DNA of 64,000 bases from Octopus vulgaris (lineage: Eukaryota). The position numbers and the translations under genes are program-made. Location: the NCBI GenBank assembly GCA_951406725.2, contig OX597825.1:48174001-48238000 (forward strand), written 5' to 3'. This document shows, piece after piece, positions 1 through 13,872 of this stretch (the first letter of the stretch is position 1; the number at the start of each line of letters is the position of its first letter). Under the pieces are notes generated by a model. That model ran no database searches, was not told where the DNA came from, and saw nothing but the letters and a program-made list of their open reading frames with translations.

Positions 1-446
1 ATATATATATATATATATGCATACATGTATATGTGTGTGAAAGAGAGAGAGAGAGAGAGAAAGAGTAATACGGTACCCTTCACATATTTCCACTGCTGTC
101 TATGTTCTGTCTTGTTTTATTTTAGTCTTAACTATTTTCGTCTGTTTGTCCATGGTGGTGGTAGTATGATGGTGGTGATGGTGACGTGAGTATTGTGTGG
201 CGATTATAATGATGGCGGTAGTGACACTGTCATGTAGTAATAGTTGTAGTCGTAGTAGTAGTAGTAATAGCAGTGACAAATGTTGCTGATATTGTTTTTG
301 TCTCTAAGTTTATTTTTGTCAGTTATCAGTGAAGACTGACAGCCACAAATACAGCCACATCTTGTACACATTCACTCGCGCACACACACGCACACACACA
401 CACACATACACACACATACACACACACGCGCGCACACACAAACACG

Positions 447-486
<40 letters not shown>

Positions 487-542
487 AAGCGTACGAACAT
501 GGGTATCTATATTTATGCGGTGAACATATATGTATGTATATA

Positions 543-660
543 CCTATTTATTTACTACCCACAAGGGGCTAAACACAGAGAGGACAAACAAGGACAGACA
601 AACGGATTAAGTCGATTATATCGACCCCAGTGTGTAACTGGTACTTATTTAATCGACCTT
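543..660 (-). mobile_element. SINE 3' fragment (family A, stem-loop + AATAAA-like tail)
   Basis: Reverse complement matches the 3' half of the complete SINE at 13873-14108. Confidence 0.8.
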
Positions 661-665
661 GAGCA

Positions 666-703
<38 letters not shown>

Positions 704-714
704 CCTATCTGCGT

Positions 715-799
<85 letters not shown>

Positions 800-1399
800 A
801 ATGTGAGCACATAGCTGCAAAATACGCTGGGGAAAACAATAATCGAAACACCAAACTTACAGTAAAATCTTATTTTATTGAAGCTGAAAAAATTTCACTA
901 ACTGTTACTCAGAGTTTCACTTCACCGCTCGGCAATGTTTCGTCAGTATTCAAACTGATCCAATAATTCATAAATCTTATAAATATTGTATTATACTGAA
1001 TATTGTATTATACTTAATGCTAACGACTGTCTGCGGGAACTGTTACATGAAATTCTGAATAACACTTCGTAAAAGTTACGCTGCCCAGGTGTAACTGTCG
1101 GATCCCTCCTTCTTGCCTCAAGCAGCGGCAATGCTTATTTATCATTGTCGTGAATGTGAGGTAGTCACATATTATAGCACCAAATTTTATGTAGGGGCCA
1201 CAGTCACCCCCGTGAAACAATGTATTTCTCTGCATAGACGCTCCTTCTCCACGCCGAAGAATTAGGCAATAAATGGATTAACAATAAATTGAATTGGTTG
1301 GTATTTGAGCACGTAATATCTTACCGGAGAATTAAGTCACAGTGTGGGTTATGCACAAAGGAACGGTTGGGGATTAATATAGCTAATGGTTATCTCATT

Positions 1400-2055
1400 C
1401 TGACAAGCGAAGCTAAATAAGGATTTACTGCGTACACCGAAAGACAGGGACGTTCCCATGTTACCGGACTAAGAAATGCTTGAGCCACAGAGAGGTACAT
1501 TAGTACACTACATTGCACTACTACTAAATAGGGACTTGGACGTGTGGACCCCACGATCATTGTACCACTTATCCGATATCCTTATACTATTGTAACGCTA
1601 ATCCGATATCTTTATACCCTTACCCTCTATCTGTGCACCCTCCTGCGTACATCCTCACACGAAGCCCACCTCATTTCTTACCATCCCGTGCGTGTATCCA
1701 TACAGCCATGTAACCACATACGCGTTTTTCTCGGACAATACTTTTCCTTCTCTCCGGACTTTTCCTCTTTCTCCTTTCTGACGAAGAACCATGCTCGAAA
1801 CGTCACGCACCCTCTTTTTCCAGCTTAAACTTAGCGTCACCTAATACATTCGTTTTGTTGTTTTTGTTTTTGTTTTTGATTTGCTTGCTATGTTGGACCG
1901 CTGAAATCTACAAGTTTTTTCATTCCCTCTCTGTTTATTTTCTCTTACTCTTTTCTCTTGAAAAGCGTAGGCTGGAAATATTAAAAGACATTCTCATTTT
2001 CCCGAGCGTCAAACTAATACACTTGCTTGTTGTTCATACACCTGTCTTCGTAATT
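1400..2055 (+). mobile_element. Penelope-like element remnant with tandem hammerhead-like 3' motifs
   Basis: CTGACGA-agaaccatgctc-GAAA-cgtc at 1778-1804, then a decayed second unit at ~1955-2050 resembling the 3' end of the element at 19261-19380. Upstream boundary uncertain. Confidence 0.55.
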
Positions 2056-2257
2056 TGTGTGCACGCACGCACACACACACTCACACGCACATACACACAC
2101 AGATTGTGTGCATATGTCGATAGCCTCTTCATGGAGTATCGCCGAATTGTTGGGAATGCAATATCCTGGAGTACAGGACATTAACAGCTCTGGATTTACG
2201 AGGTGTAGATGCAATATTACACACGCACGTACACACACACATACGCATACACACAAA

Positions 2258-2321
<64 letters not shown>

Positions 2322-2627
2322 CACACAGTATACGTTTTCGTGCTCTTTTTATTTTTGAACCGGCAGAAAGTTTCATGAGTGATTCAAAGGCCGAGAGTTG
2401 TGTTCGTGACATTTTTGAAGATGACTTCAAACCTGAGAGCTCGTTATTCTAGAGAAATTGATTCGTTTCTTTTTTTCTTGTAAATTAAATTGAAAAGGAC
2501 TTTTGGAGACTCACGTGAAACTTGGACGTTTCGAATAATCTGCTTATGAAATTGAGGGAAGGGTCGAGAAAACTGCAGTCAATGAAATATAACATACTCA
2601 TGCATACATATAGACACGAATATGCAA

Positions 2628-2673
<46 letters not shown>

Positions 2674-2691
2674 GCGCACACACACATATAC

Positions 2692-2816
<125 letters not shown>

Positions 2817-3759
2817 AGGACACTCAGAGCTACATAAGCATATACTTGTACATACGATCATATATATATTAGTTTCAAATTCTGCTACAAGGCCAGCTAT
2901 CACGGAAGATGGGCTAAGTCGATTACATCGATCCCAGTAGTCAACTGGTTCTTATTTTATCGACCCCGGAAGGATGAATGTCTTTACCTTTTGCTTCCTT
3001 TCGTTGTGCATGTATACATATGTACATATTTTGCACTTCTTACCCAGACTATTTAATGCGTCTAATAGTTTATCCGCATAATTGCCTCTATACCCGCTCA
3101 ACTTGATCCCTCTTGTAGCTTTTCTTTACCTTGTGGAAACGATACTCTGTAAAAAAATCGGAGTCTAAGTTTGAATCTTTTGAGCACTACTAAGTGCCGT
3201 CTATACGGAGAATCTCTGGATCTCATCTATGGACTAATATATATATTAACACATCAATTTGTACAAATATTGCTACACACTCATATATACAATCACGCTA
3301 CAATAGGACTTACATTGGCATACATACATACATACATGCATACATCATACATATATACATACATACATACATATATACATACATACATACATACATACAT
3401 ACATACATACATACATACAAGCATACATACATACATACATACATACATACATACATACATACATACATACATACATACATACATACATACATACACGATG
3501 ATGGCTGTCTGCTTGTGACCAGAAAAAGACATTAATGACCACTAAGAACACTGTGCATTCAGACAAAATTATACTTTACACTTATGGTTCCGCTGGTGAC
3601 TAATGAGATTAGCTTGTAATAGACATAAGCGTACACAAATACTGCAAACGAAACTTCCCCCATTCTCTAAACAGGCGGCGGGCTTTTGAGTCGCTCGCTT
3701 AAGCTCAGCATGCAAAATGAATGGTTTTTTCAAATCAAAAATAACTATTCCTTCCTTTA

Positions 3760-6750
3760 CTCGTTCCCTCTATTGGTACCGATGACACGCATTGATGTCT
3801 CAGCTTGCCTACCATATCACACATGCTTTCACCGAGGATTTTATGCCATCTTTAAACTGTAGCCTTGGTTTCTGCTGAGGGCGCTTTTCACAAACAAGTT
3901 CACAGTGTAGCATCTGCTTAGGGATCCTCCAATAATTCATACAAATAAGGTGTCCAGTTTAATGTAAATGGTGCTTGTGCACCATCGCTTCAAAGCTCAG
4001 GACCAATCAACATTCAGAATGTCTCAGATTTCTCTGATGGAAACGTTTAAGGACCCTTACATGATACCTGTAAAAGGTTCATGTATCACATGAGAAATGT
4101 AGCTACGTCTGGACAAATGCACGGTACGCAGCAATTTTTGTTCTCCTTGTGATGCTATGTTTGAACAAGACTCAGGAACCTTGAAGGAGTCAATTACCTT
4201 TCTGAAGTCAGCGGCTGAGTTTGTTGCCTAGGAGGACAAACTTGTCTATCACTTTCTGTACTGCTCCTCAACTAAAATAGATGGTCTCAGAGATAGGTTT
4301 CCTGGCGAAGGCTGGAACATTACAACAGTCCTATCCAAGCGACTACTGAGTTTAAATGCCTTAGAAGATGCAAAAATATGATTCATGAAAAATTGCATGT
4401 CTTCAGCTGTATGAGCAACTAAGTTGTGATCATTTGCATAAAGGAAGTCATGAATAAGAGACTGAGAATTTTCCGAAGTGACAGTAAATTGATGCAAGTT
4501 GAAGAGACGTTCGGTACCTGACTCATATATCCACATATATCTCAGAGGAGCAAAATCATGAGTGAGAGTAGCAGCAAAATACAAAGAAAAGAGAGTTGGG
4601 GCAAGGATGTAGCTTTGCTTGACACCATTTTCTTCAGAGATAGGTCCCGCCATAGCACTGCCGACACTGACCCATGCCGCCATCCAATCATGAAATGATT
4701 TAATTATCGATACAATGTAACTTGGACAACCAAGTGGAAACTGTATCAAAGTAACTCGGACAACCTGTAGAAACAGTATCGAAAGCTTTGATTAAATCAA
4801 TGAAAATATGGACAAGATCTATATTTTGCTCATAGCACTTCTACCTCTGTCTTGCTGTGAAGATAATTTCCATTGTTCCTTTATCAGAACGGAAGCCACA
4901 TTGAAATTCAGATAGAACGCCAGTTTCAAGGTATTTATTCATGTGGGCAAGAAGGATACTTACCGGCACCTTACCAGCAGCTGACAGTAGCACAATACCG
5001 CTATGGTTGCCACACTTTATTCTGACTCCCTTTCTTTTACAATGAGGAAGGATAATAGCATCCTTCCAGTCCTTGCGAACAGTACCATTCCTCCAGACTA
5101 CACTAATAAGCTCGGAAATAAGCTCGAAAATGCAAGACCTAAGCGCGAATTCCGTCTTTACCAGGTACTTTACCAAGATTCAACTTGCATGTGGCTATTA
5201 CTACCTTATATATTGAGAGTGCAGGGTCCAAGGAGTTGATCATAGGTGTTTGTTGAATAGTATCAACTGCAGCATCATCTATAACTGACTAACAGTTTAG
5301 AAGTTCAGAAAAAATTTAGTAAGCAGGGTAGCATCCTCTTTGAAAAGAATTCTTAGGCCCATAAGCTTGCTTGATAAGATGGTAGATCTTCTTGCTGTCC
5401 TTTGCATTAGCAGCAGCATGAATCTCACGAGCAGGATCTCCCCACCAGATATTCTGCATCTTTCCGAGTGATCGCTGCAGTAGAAATTTGGTATCCTTAT
5501 AATAGGTAAATGTTAGATTCTTCTGTACAACTGATTGCCCTCTGTGAAGAAATACACTGTGGGCATTGCATTTTGTAGACAGGGGTCTCTGAACCTCAGC
5601 ATCATTTTCGTCGAACCAGTCCCCATAATTAGCTGTAGCATATCCAAGTGTTTCAGCTGTGCATTGAAAAATCTAAAATTCTGCTCAAGTTGTAGTATCT
5701 TCGATGCTGGATAAACGATCCCGAAGTTCCTTCCTCACAGTTGGATCATATATCTTACGAACATTTAAACGCCGAAAAACCCCAGCTTACTTTCTTCTAT
5801 CTTTCACTCTGGTTACCGTCAGGGATTTTGCTCGCACCAAGAAGTGGTCTGTCCAACACTCTCAGAGTCCCTGAAAGGACTTGTCATTACAGATATCACG
5901 CTTGCGGTTGATAACATAACCCTGCAAGTGCATCGATGGGCATTGGGTGCATCCATATTGTTGTGTAATCACATTTGTGTGTAAAGTTAGTGCTAGCAAA
6001 GAAAAGGCCATATTCATCGCAAAGCTGTAGGAGCATGAGATCTTCCTACACTGCAACACCCAAGAGACTTCCATGCTTACCAATCTGTTCCAACCCAGCT
6101 ATTGAAATCCCCTAGCAGAATGAATTTGTATGCCTTGGGAATTTTCCTGAGTACAGCTCTCAGCTAGGCATAGAAAGTTGTTTTATCTTTTTGAGAATGA
6201 GTCAGAGAAGGAGCAGCGTCACTAATCAGAGTAGCAAATCGTCCATCTCACAAATACAGGAGCACAGTCATCAAACGGTCGTTTACAGAGATAGGAAGCT
6301 CCTCCAACTTCTTGAGGATTTCAGATCGAACTGCAAAACCAACGCCAGCCTCTCTATACTCCTTTTTTTTTCCCTTCTAGAAAAAAAATGTAACCACCCC
6401 AACCTCATCAAGCTGAGCATCACCTTCCAAACGAATCTCTGAAAGAGCAGCTGATTTATGTTATATCTGTTTATTCGCGAGCAACAAGTGCAGTACGTCT
6501 CTCAAGCCTATATTCACTCTTCTTATCTAATAAAGAACGCACATTCCAACATGAAATATTTATCTTCCAGACAGATTTTTAAAATATTTTCTCTATTTTC
6601 CGCGCGCAAGGTGGACATCCACCAGTCGCGTTAAACTGATCAGACAGAAAAAGACAGGCAACTTTTAGTCCACCTTTTCTGGAGCCACACCGGTCGCCGG
6701 GTGCGAAGTGCCCTCTTCAAACGGAGCTGTTCAGGCACCAACGCAGCAAT
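3760..6750 (-). mobile_element. Degenerate near full-length RTE-clade LINE (APE + RT)
   Basis: Minus-strand pieces WKDAIILPHCKRKG..CGNHSGIVLLSAAGK..EFQCGFRSDKGTMEIIFTARQ and NGVKQSYILAPTLFSLYF..FLYAND (decayed YADD); endonuclease GDFN remnant near 6100; many stops and frameshifts. Confidence 0.88.
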
Positions 6751-6802
6751 ACATCCATCCATCCATCCATCCATATATACATACATACATACATACATAC
6801 AT

Positions 6803-6861
<59 letters not shown>

Positions 6862-7273
6862 TACATATACAGACACGCACACACACCCACGCACACGCAC
6901 ACACATACACGTACACACTCACATACATGTAGGTATATTTGCATAGAAAGAATTCTCTACACTACTTTCCTATGATACAGAAGGGAGAAATCTCATCTAA
7001 GCATGCGCAGTTTTCTGTGAGTAGACACCATTGACGAAGTCCAACGAGGCCGAAATGAATCTGGCGTTCTCGCTAACCGGTGGTAGGAAGATTTTCATCT
7101 CTCTCCAGTATATTCTGTGTTTTTAAACAGAACTCGCCCATAAAAGATGTTACCTCCGGACGAAATTTGCCTTTCAACGATATAATTACATTAAGTACGA
7201 TGCATAGCTATGTTTGTTTAATACATACATACATACATACATACATACATACATGTATGTGTGTGTGTATGTG

Positions 7274-7343
<70 letters not shown>

Positions 7344-8351
7344 CGTGTCCACAGTAGAAAGCATAAGCCTACTCATGATCGACAGTCAGCACCAAAGAAC
7401 GTCTCTTACTAACCAATGCTCAGCTCCAGATCAAAGTAAAGGTACCAAGTTGTGGGAGAGTCCACCATTCGGGAATAAACTATGTTCTTGAAACAAGTGT
7501 TGTGATGCTTTGAGTTATCTATTCGTCTTTGTTTACTATATATAAACACACACGCGCACGCGTTGCGTGCACATATTTGTGCACGTATATGCATATACAC
7601 AATAGCTTACATTGTAGTTATAGGACACTCATATATAATTTCATATATGCAAGGATGTATACAAAGAAGCATGCAAATATAAACCTGAACACATTCATCT
7701 ATGCTGATATATTCAATTTCAAAATCAAATGATAAAAAAATAGTCGTTGAAAAAAATTTTTTTAATGCGAAAGAAATAAAGAAAATAAATTTTTAGAATG
7801 TGTTTTTTTTTAATGTGCAGGAGGGCTTAAATAAATGGATCAGTAACGTATATATATCATTGCCTGTCGAACAGACAAATACTGCTCATGTATACACGCA
7901 CATAGATACGCACATGCTTGCTCGGATATATACATGTACATTACACAATTGGAAGAGAAAATGCAGAACCATAACTGTGTGTGTCTATATGTTCATGTGC
8001 ATGCGTGTGTATGTATATATGTATGTCTCTGTGTGTACGTGCGTATAATTGTGTATGTGTTATGTGTATGTATGTGTATATGTGTACGTGTGTCTGTGTG
8101 TCTGTCTATATGCGCATATGTGTGTATATATGCATGTATGTCTATATTTGTGTATGTATATGTAGATGTGGATGTGTGTATGTATGATTGATGCATTAGT
8201 TCTATATATATATATATATATTCCCAGTTCCATTGCAGTGAAAACCTATAAATATGTTTTATGTTACACATATTACACACACAAACGCGTACGCATGCAC
8301 ATACGCGCACAAACATACACATACACCCACGCCCTCCTCCCCCCACACACA

Positions 8352-8388
<37 letters not shown>

Positions 8389-9756
8389 GAAAGTAGAAGC
8401 AAGTACAACAGCGTTGAGCTATATTCCAAGCTGACAGCTGTTGCTTAGTAAATACCATTTTAGTGCCAAGAGGTCGCCAACCTGGACACACGCCCTCACG
8501 CACACTTACACACAAACATGCCCCCCACACACACACACACAGAGTCTCGTGTGCACCCTCACACACACACATGCTTCTTCCCCTCGTTTTCACTTTCTGT
8601 GTACTAATATCTTTTCTAAAACATTTTCCAATTTTCGAAAAACTCCAAATAGGAAATTCGAGAATCAAGAAAACCTAAATAAGCAATTTACGTTGCTGGA
8701 GAAGGATTACAGCCACTAATACATACGTCAAACTGCCATTCTTGTTATTTCTACTTTGATTAATTTATCGATCGATTGATTAAATGACTTTCAAATTAAT
8801 GAATCTGCTAATTAGTTTACTAATAATCTCCACCTTATTGTAACCTCACTCAATGTCCACCTTATCATTCAAACTTGTTCCGAACTAATCATGATTTGAT
8901 CACTAAAAAGACAGATCAATTAAATCAATTCCTGCTTCTGATTGATATTTTTTATTGACCCAGAGAAAGGAAAAATAAAATAAAGACAATGAGGGTGGTG
9001 GTGGGGGTAGCGGCGGCGTTATTTGTACTTTAGTCCGTAAATAGACCTTTTGTTCGGCATTCTGTTATCCGCCATCTATCATTTATTGCAAATATTTCTT
9101 ACTTTCTAAAAGTCAGCCATGTTGGATAAATTAAGGGGAAACGTCTAGTTAGTGAGATCGATCTCCAACTGGTTCCCAGCTATCGAACATATATCACCGT
9201 TAACTTTTCTCTTATAAGTAACATTTTTCTTGAAAAGTGAGCAGCAAATATCTTCTTTCTATTTTTCACTTTTAATCTTTTAATTTTTCTTTCTCCTATC
9301 TTGTTTTTCTCCCTTTTCTTCCTTCTTTTTCGTTCTTAAAAAAATATTGCTTTACATTCATGGTTTTGGTTTAAAACTTTACATCGTTATTTGCCTATAG
9401 AACTGTATCACACTCAACCTTTATCCGTTACATAGAATATCAAGTAGAGATACCTCTACCCGGAGCCGGGCAGGAACTGGCGTTCGTTGCACCCAGGGTA
9501 AAATCAATATGTGGATCATTTAAGCCTCAGATCTTTCCAATGCTAGCTAATTCCCGTTATGATGCACAAAATATCTTATTTGGAATAATAACTCTAATAT
9601 ATAGTTAAGGATTGTATTTTGTAGCAGATGAAAAATAATTATGATACATACGTAAGTACATATGAGAAATATCTTGCAGATTATATACATACTTATGTAC
9701 ATACGTACGTGTGCATGTATGCATGTATGTGTGTATTATGAATGTATGTATAAATG

Positions 9757-9820
<64 letters not shown>

Positions 9821-9904
9821 TATAAATATATATATGCATGCATAGGTATGTATTCACACACACACACATACACATATATAAATATATAAACAAACATTTC
9901 GATC

Positions 9905-10470
9905 AGTTCAAAAATATTTGGGACATATTTGACCTGTACAAAGGCCGTGCTCTCTGCTGTTTCTATGCAGCGGTCTATTCGTACATTATAAGTCATCCGT
10001 ACCCATCAGAGCTAAGATAGCTTACGTTAGAAGTTAAATACACCGGATACACAATAAATGCAGTGAGACAGGAAATAAAATGACCAACACCATACAATTT
10101 AGAAAAGTATGTAGGAAGAATGACAACCTAAACTCTTTCTCTAAATGCCAGGACATCACCACCAGACCATCGAACAAAAACTTATACATCCAGAGATAAC
10201 GTGTGTTTTTTGAAACTGCCACATTTTAATGAAGAACAACTGCTACAATATGCCTAACGACCTGTAGGAAGGGGTTGAATATACAACTGGTGCATTCCGG
10301 ATCCTCCCTGAGGAAGGACTTAACTAAAAACGGGCTAACACTAAACAATGCCATATCTACACTGCTTAACTTCCCGATCAAAAACGAAAACATACGCCCG
10401 CGAATCCTACGTGGTGCATAAAATCACATGAACGAAATGTAATGAATCTTACATCGGATCTACCATCAGA
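9905..10470 (+). mobile_element. Possible decayed Penelope-like fragment
   Basis: Weak GIY-YIG-like YTGYT at ~10039 and a CCCTGAGGAAGG motif at ~10307 typical of PLE ends; heavily decayed. Confidence 0.3.
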
Positions 10471-10480
10471 CAAGTACATA

Positions 10481-10811
10481 TATTGTGTTGTGTCAAAAGT
10501 TTACAATATTTGCTTTATTCGTCAAACTACAACAAAAGCAGCCTTGCATTCAAAGTAGTGGCCATCGAGTTGCACCGTCCGAAGCCGCCTTTCTGCCAGC
10601 TCTTTGATCCCATGCTGATTCCTGTTTTGTCCGTCGAGACGAAGAACTTCTTCACTGTGTTGCCTTTCTACAAAAGATTTCACTTTCTGTTAACCAATGC
10701 TGGATATTTTTGCTGTTCGATGACATACATCTGCTCCAGCTTTTCAGAGTACAAGTTGGCATTCGATGGTTTGACCGTCCGGAAGGAACTCATACTGAAT
10801 CAATATGTAGA
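10481..10811 (-). mobile_element. Mariner (Tc1/mariner) 3' fragment, internally deleted
   Basis: TIR tattgtgttgtgtcaaaagtttacaatattt; minus strand reads YEFLPDGQTI..NLYSEKLEQM..QQKYPALVNRK, a mariner catalytic-domain remnant. Confidence 0.75.
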
Positions 10812-11174
10812 AGTTTAGAAGTTCAGAAAAAATTTAGTAAGCAGGGTAGCATCCTCTTTGAAAAGTAAAGGAGTCAATGCAGAATTCTTAGGCCCATAAG
10901 CTTGCTTGATAAAATGGTAGATCTTCTTGCTGTCCTTTGCATTAGCAGCAGCATGAATCTCACGAGCAGGATCTCCCCACCAGATGTTCTGCATCTTTCC
11001 GAGTGATCGCTGCAGTAAAAATTTTGTTTTCTTATAATAGGTAAATGTTAGATTCTTCAGTACAACTGATTGCCCTCTGTGAAGAAATACACTGTGGGCA
11101 TTGCATTTTGCAGACAAGGGTCTCTGAACCTCAGCATCATTTTCGTCGAACCAGTTCCCATAATTAGCTGTAGC
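10812..11174 (-). mobile_element. RTE LINE fragment, near-identical copy of 5294-5639
   Basis: Direct sequence match by eye; ORF 10815-11117 has IKQAYGPKNSALTPLLFKEDATLLT (RTE linker). Confidence 0.9.
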
Positions 11175-11199
11175 CTCATAATTCTATCAGACGCAGAGC

Positions 11200-11578
11200 T
11201 TCACCTAGTGTTCGAAACACCCATGTTTGACGACAATTTCTGGAAGCTGGCCACTGATTATAAGCGCTGCACGTCAGGATTCCGGAAAAACATCTCTCTC
11301 AGATCATTACTTGTTCCGATCTATGGCTCGCTTCCTGCGCTCACGACGCTTCATCAACCAAGAAGAGATAGAAACTTCAGTGAAGGAGTTCTTCACCCCA
11401 AAAGACAAGAACTGGTATCAGCGTGGAATCAAAGAGCTAGCGTAAAGGTGATTTCAGACGGTGCAATATGAAGGCGGCCTCTACTTTTGATGCTAGGCTG
11501 CTTTTGTTGTAAATTGATGCATCAAGTTAAAGTAAATATGATACCAAAATATTACAAAACTTTTGACTCGGCACAATA
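11200..11578 (+). mobile_element. Mariner transposase C-terminus plus 3' TIR
   Basis: SDHYLFRSMARFLRSRRFINQEEIETSVKEFFTPKDKNWYQRGIKELA matches the mariner C-terminal SDYHLF..GI..L pattern; ends in aaaacttttgactcggcacaata. Confidence 0.82.
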
Positions 11579-11790
11579 TTAACAACTGAACAGAGTTACA
11601 TGCAGCTGATTAACTGTGGGTGCAAAGAAGCTCTTTTATATATACCACTACAGAACAGAGAAGTCAACTCACAATTCCATATCTCAGAAGATTTCCTGAG
11701 GAAAACTTTTATTAAAATACAATATAAAAGTGATAATCATCGACGTGTATCATTTCTTATGACACACGTTGTTTTGACTTAAAACAAGTG

Positions 11791-11867
<77 letters not shown>

Positions 11868-11899
11868 GTATACTAATTTTCTACGGTTATTGTAGAGCG

Positions 11900-13500
11900 C
11901 TCGATTTTGAGAATCTATATGAGGTGTATGAAAAACTGCTTAGACGACAGGTGGCCGTCACCGGGTAGATGCTGCATAATGCAGTGATTCAGTACTCAGT
12001 CCCCAGGTATTGGTCAATTTTATCGAAAGCTTTAAATAATCAAAATTTATCAGTATTCCATTCAAGACATATCAGGATTTGCCTCTCATGTACATCATAT
12101 GAGATGGTGCTTTCTATAGAATGTCCTATGTGGGGATCTAAGAAGTTTGTCCATGGAACAGGACAATATCTGTAATAAGTGTCAGCTGCTTTTCCATTAC
12201 CATCATCAAAAATCTTTAATTCTGCCTTGTATAGAATTACGAACCTGGAATTTTCCCAAAAATTGTTCATGTCTTCTCAGGGCACTGCCACTTTTCCCAG
12301 ACTGCCACAACAGCCATGTCCCACAGTCTGCTGTCGGTTCCGACAGAGGATCGAACAAATCTGGCGTGTTGCAATAAAGTTCATAGAAAAGACGATTTTG
12401 TCCTAGTGACTTACCTCTCATATACGCGGACATGATGACCGCTATTTCAGAAACAGAAATCAGATTTTTGTATCACTCTACCTCTTCCACCACGATCTCC
12501 AGTAGATAGTCGAAATAGAGATCGAACCCAGCAGTTTCCAATCTGTCACTCATAGCGAACAGTTCGGCAAAGGCCTATCGCAAAGTCACTCACATCCAGT
12601 GGCGGCTCGTGTATAGGAACGGCGGAACTGCTGCACCCCCTATTTCCACTCGATATCATCGATAACATTCAATATAATAAGTCCTTTTTTTTCTTTAATT
12701 CTTTCTTTCTACTTGTACATTATATAATCCTTAAGCTTAATGTCAGTAGCCATCCCTCAGTTTATGCAAAAATCCTTGTGCGCTTTACAGTGCAGTGTTT
12801 GGCTGTTGTGCGCATACTCACATGTCTGAGATAGGAAGCTTCACACTCTGGAGAGAGAGCACTGCGTGAACGACAGTGCCGGATGAAAGGTAGTGATTCT
12901 TTTTGACTCTGCGTGTGTTGTGCTTAAAAACGTGTTTATATTCTTGAATGTGATAAAGTATGCAATTAGATTATTATCCTGCTTCCAGCTTTGGGGTTGC
13001 TGTCAGGATTTGAAAAATAGGGCACAATCTCCCTACTCACCCCACTTTAGTGGGGAGTTTAGAAAAACAAGGGGTAATTCGCAGTAGAGTTCAGGGAACA
13101 AATTAAACTCAATACCCGGTGGTGGCTAAAACGCGAACCGATCAAGTTTATGCATAAATTTTCTTTTTATATGTTTGTTACTTTTTACACAGTTTTAAAA
13201 CAACGGCTAAACATTTTCTGAAGCAGCACCCCCACCCCCTCATTAATTTTATCTACGAGCCGCCACTGCTCACATCCTCTTGGAATCAGATATAACACGC
13301 CCTTCCAAGTCTGTCAAAGACTGTATTGAGCTCACTTACCGAAGCATGCCTCTGCCACTCGGGCCCATTGAATAGTTTTGGTACTCTCCTACCTTAACGA
13401 GCGTGCCTATGTTCGGACAATGCAATCTCCGTGTTTAACGTTGAATAATTGGTCAATCGCTTTTCTAATTTCTAAAACTTTGGGGCCGTAAAGTCCTTTC
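11900..13500 (-). mobile_element. Highly decayed L1/Tx1-like RT fragment interrupted by a MITE
   Basis: Minus strand shows ILYKAELKIF and KAFDKID remnants; boundaries approximate. Confidence 0.45.
12597..13268. mobile_element. hAT-type non-autonomous element (MITE), copy 1
   Basis: TIRs cagtggcggctcgt / acgagccgccactg; exact 8-bp TSD ctcacatc at 12589-12596 and 13269-13276. Confidence 0.92.
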
Positions 13501-13872
13501 TGTTGTGTTACCCTCTAACATAAAACACAGCACATACTCTACGCAGTCACCGCCCAATTCTATAACACAGGTCACACAACATATTACACTCAGTCACATC
13601 TATAGAATAATCCACGCTGCACATATTCTTCGCAACCACCTCACAATACTAAAGTATAAACTATAACATACATATTCTAAATAGTCATCCAAGAATACAG
13701 TAACGCAACCTACACGATATTATATATAACACATATTCTACATAGTCACCTCCAGATACTATAATGCAACACATGACTATGTGCAAGAATGGTTGTGTAT
13801 AGGTATGGCTATGTACATTGGACGTGTGTTTGCAGGACTGTGTTGGATAAGCATATGGTTGTACTTATGGCT

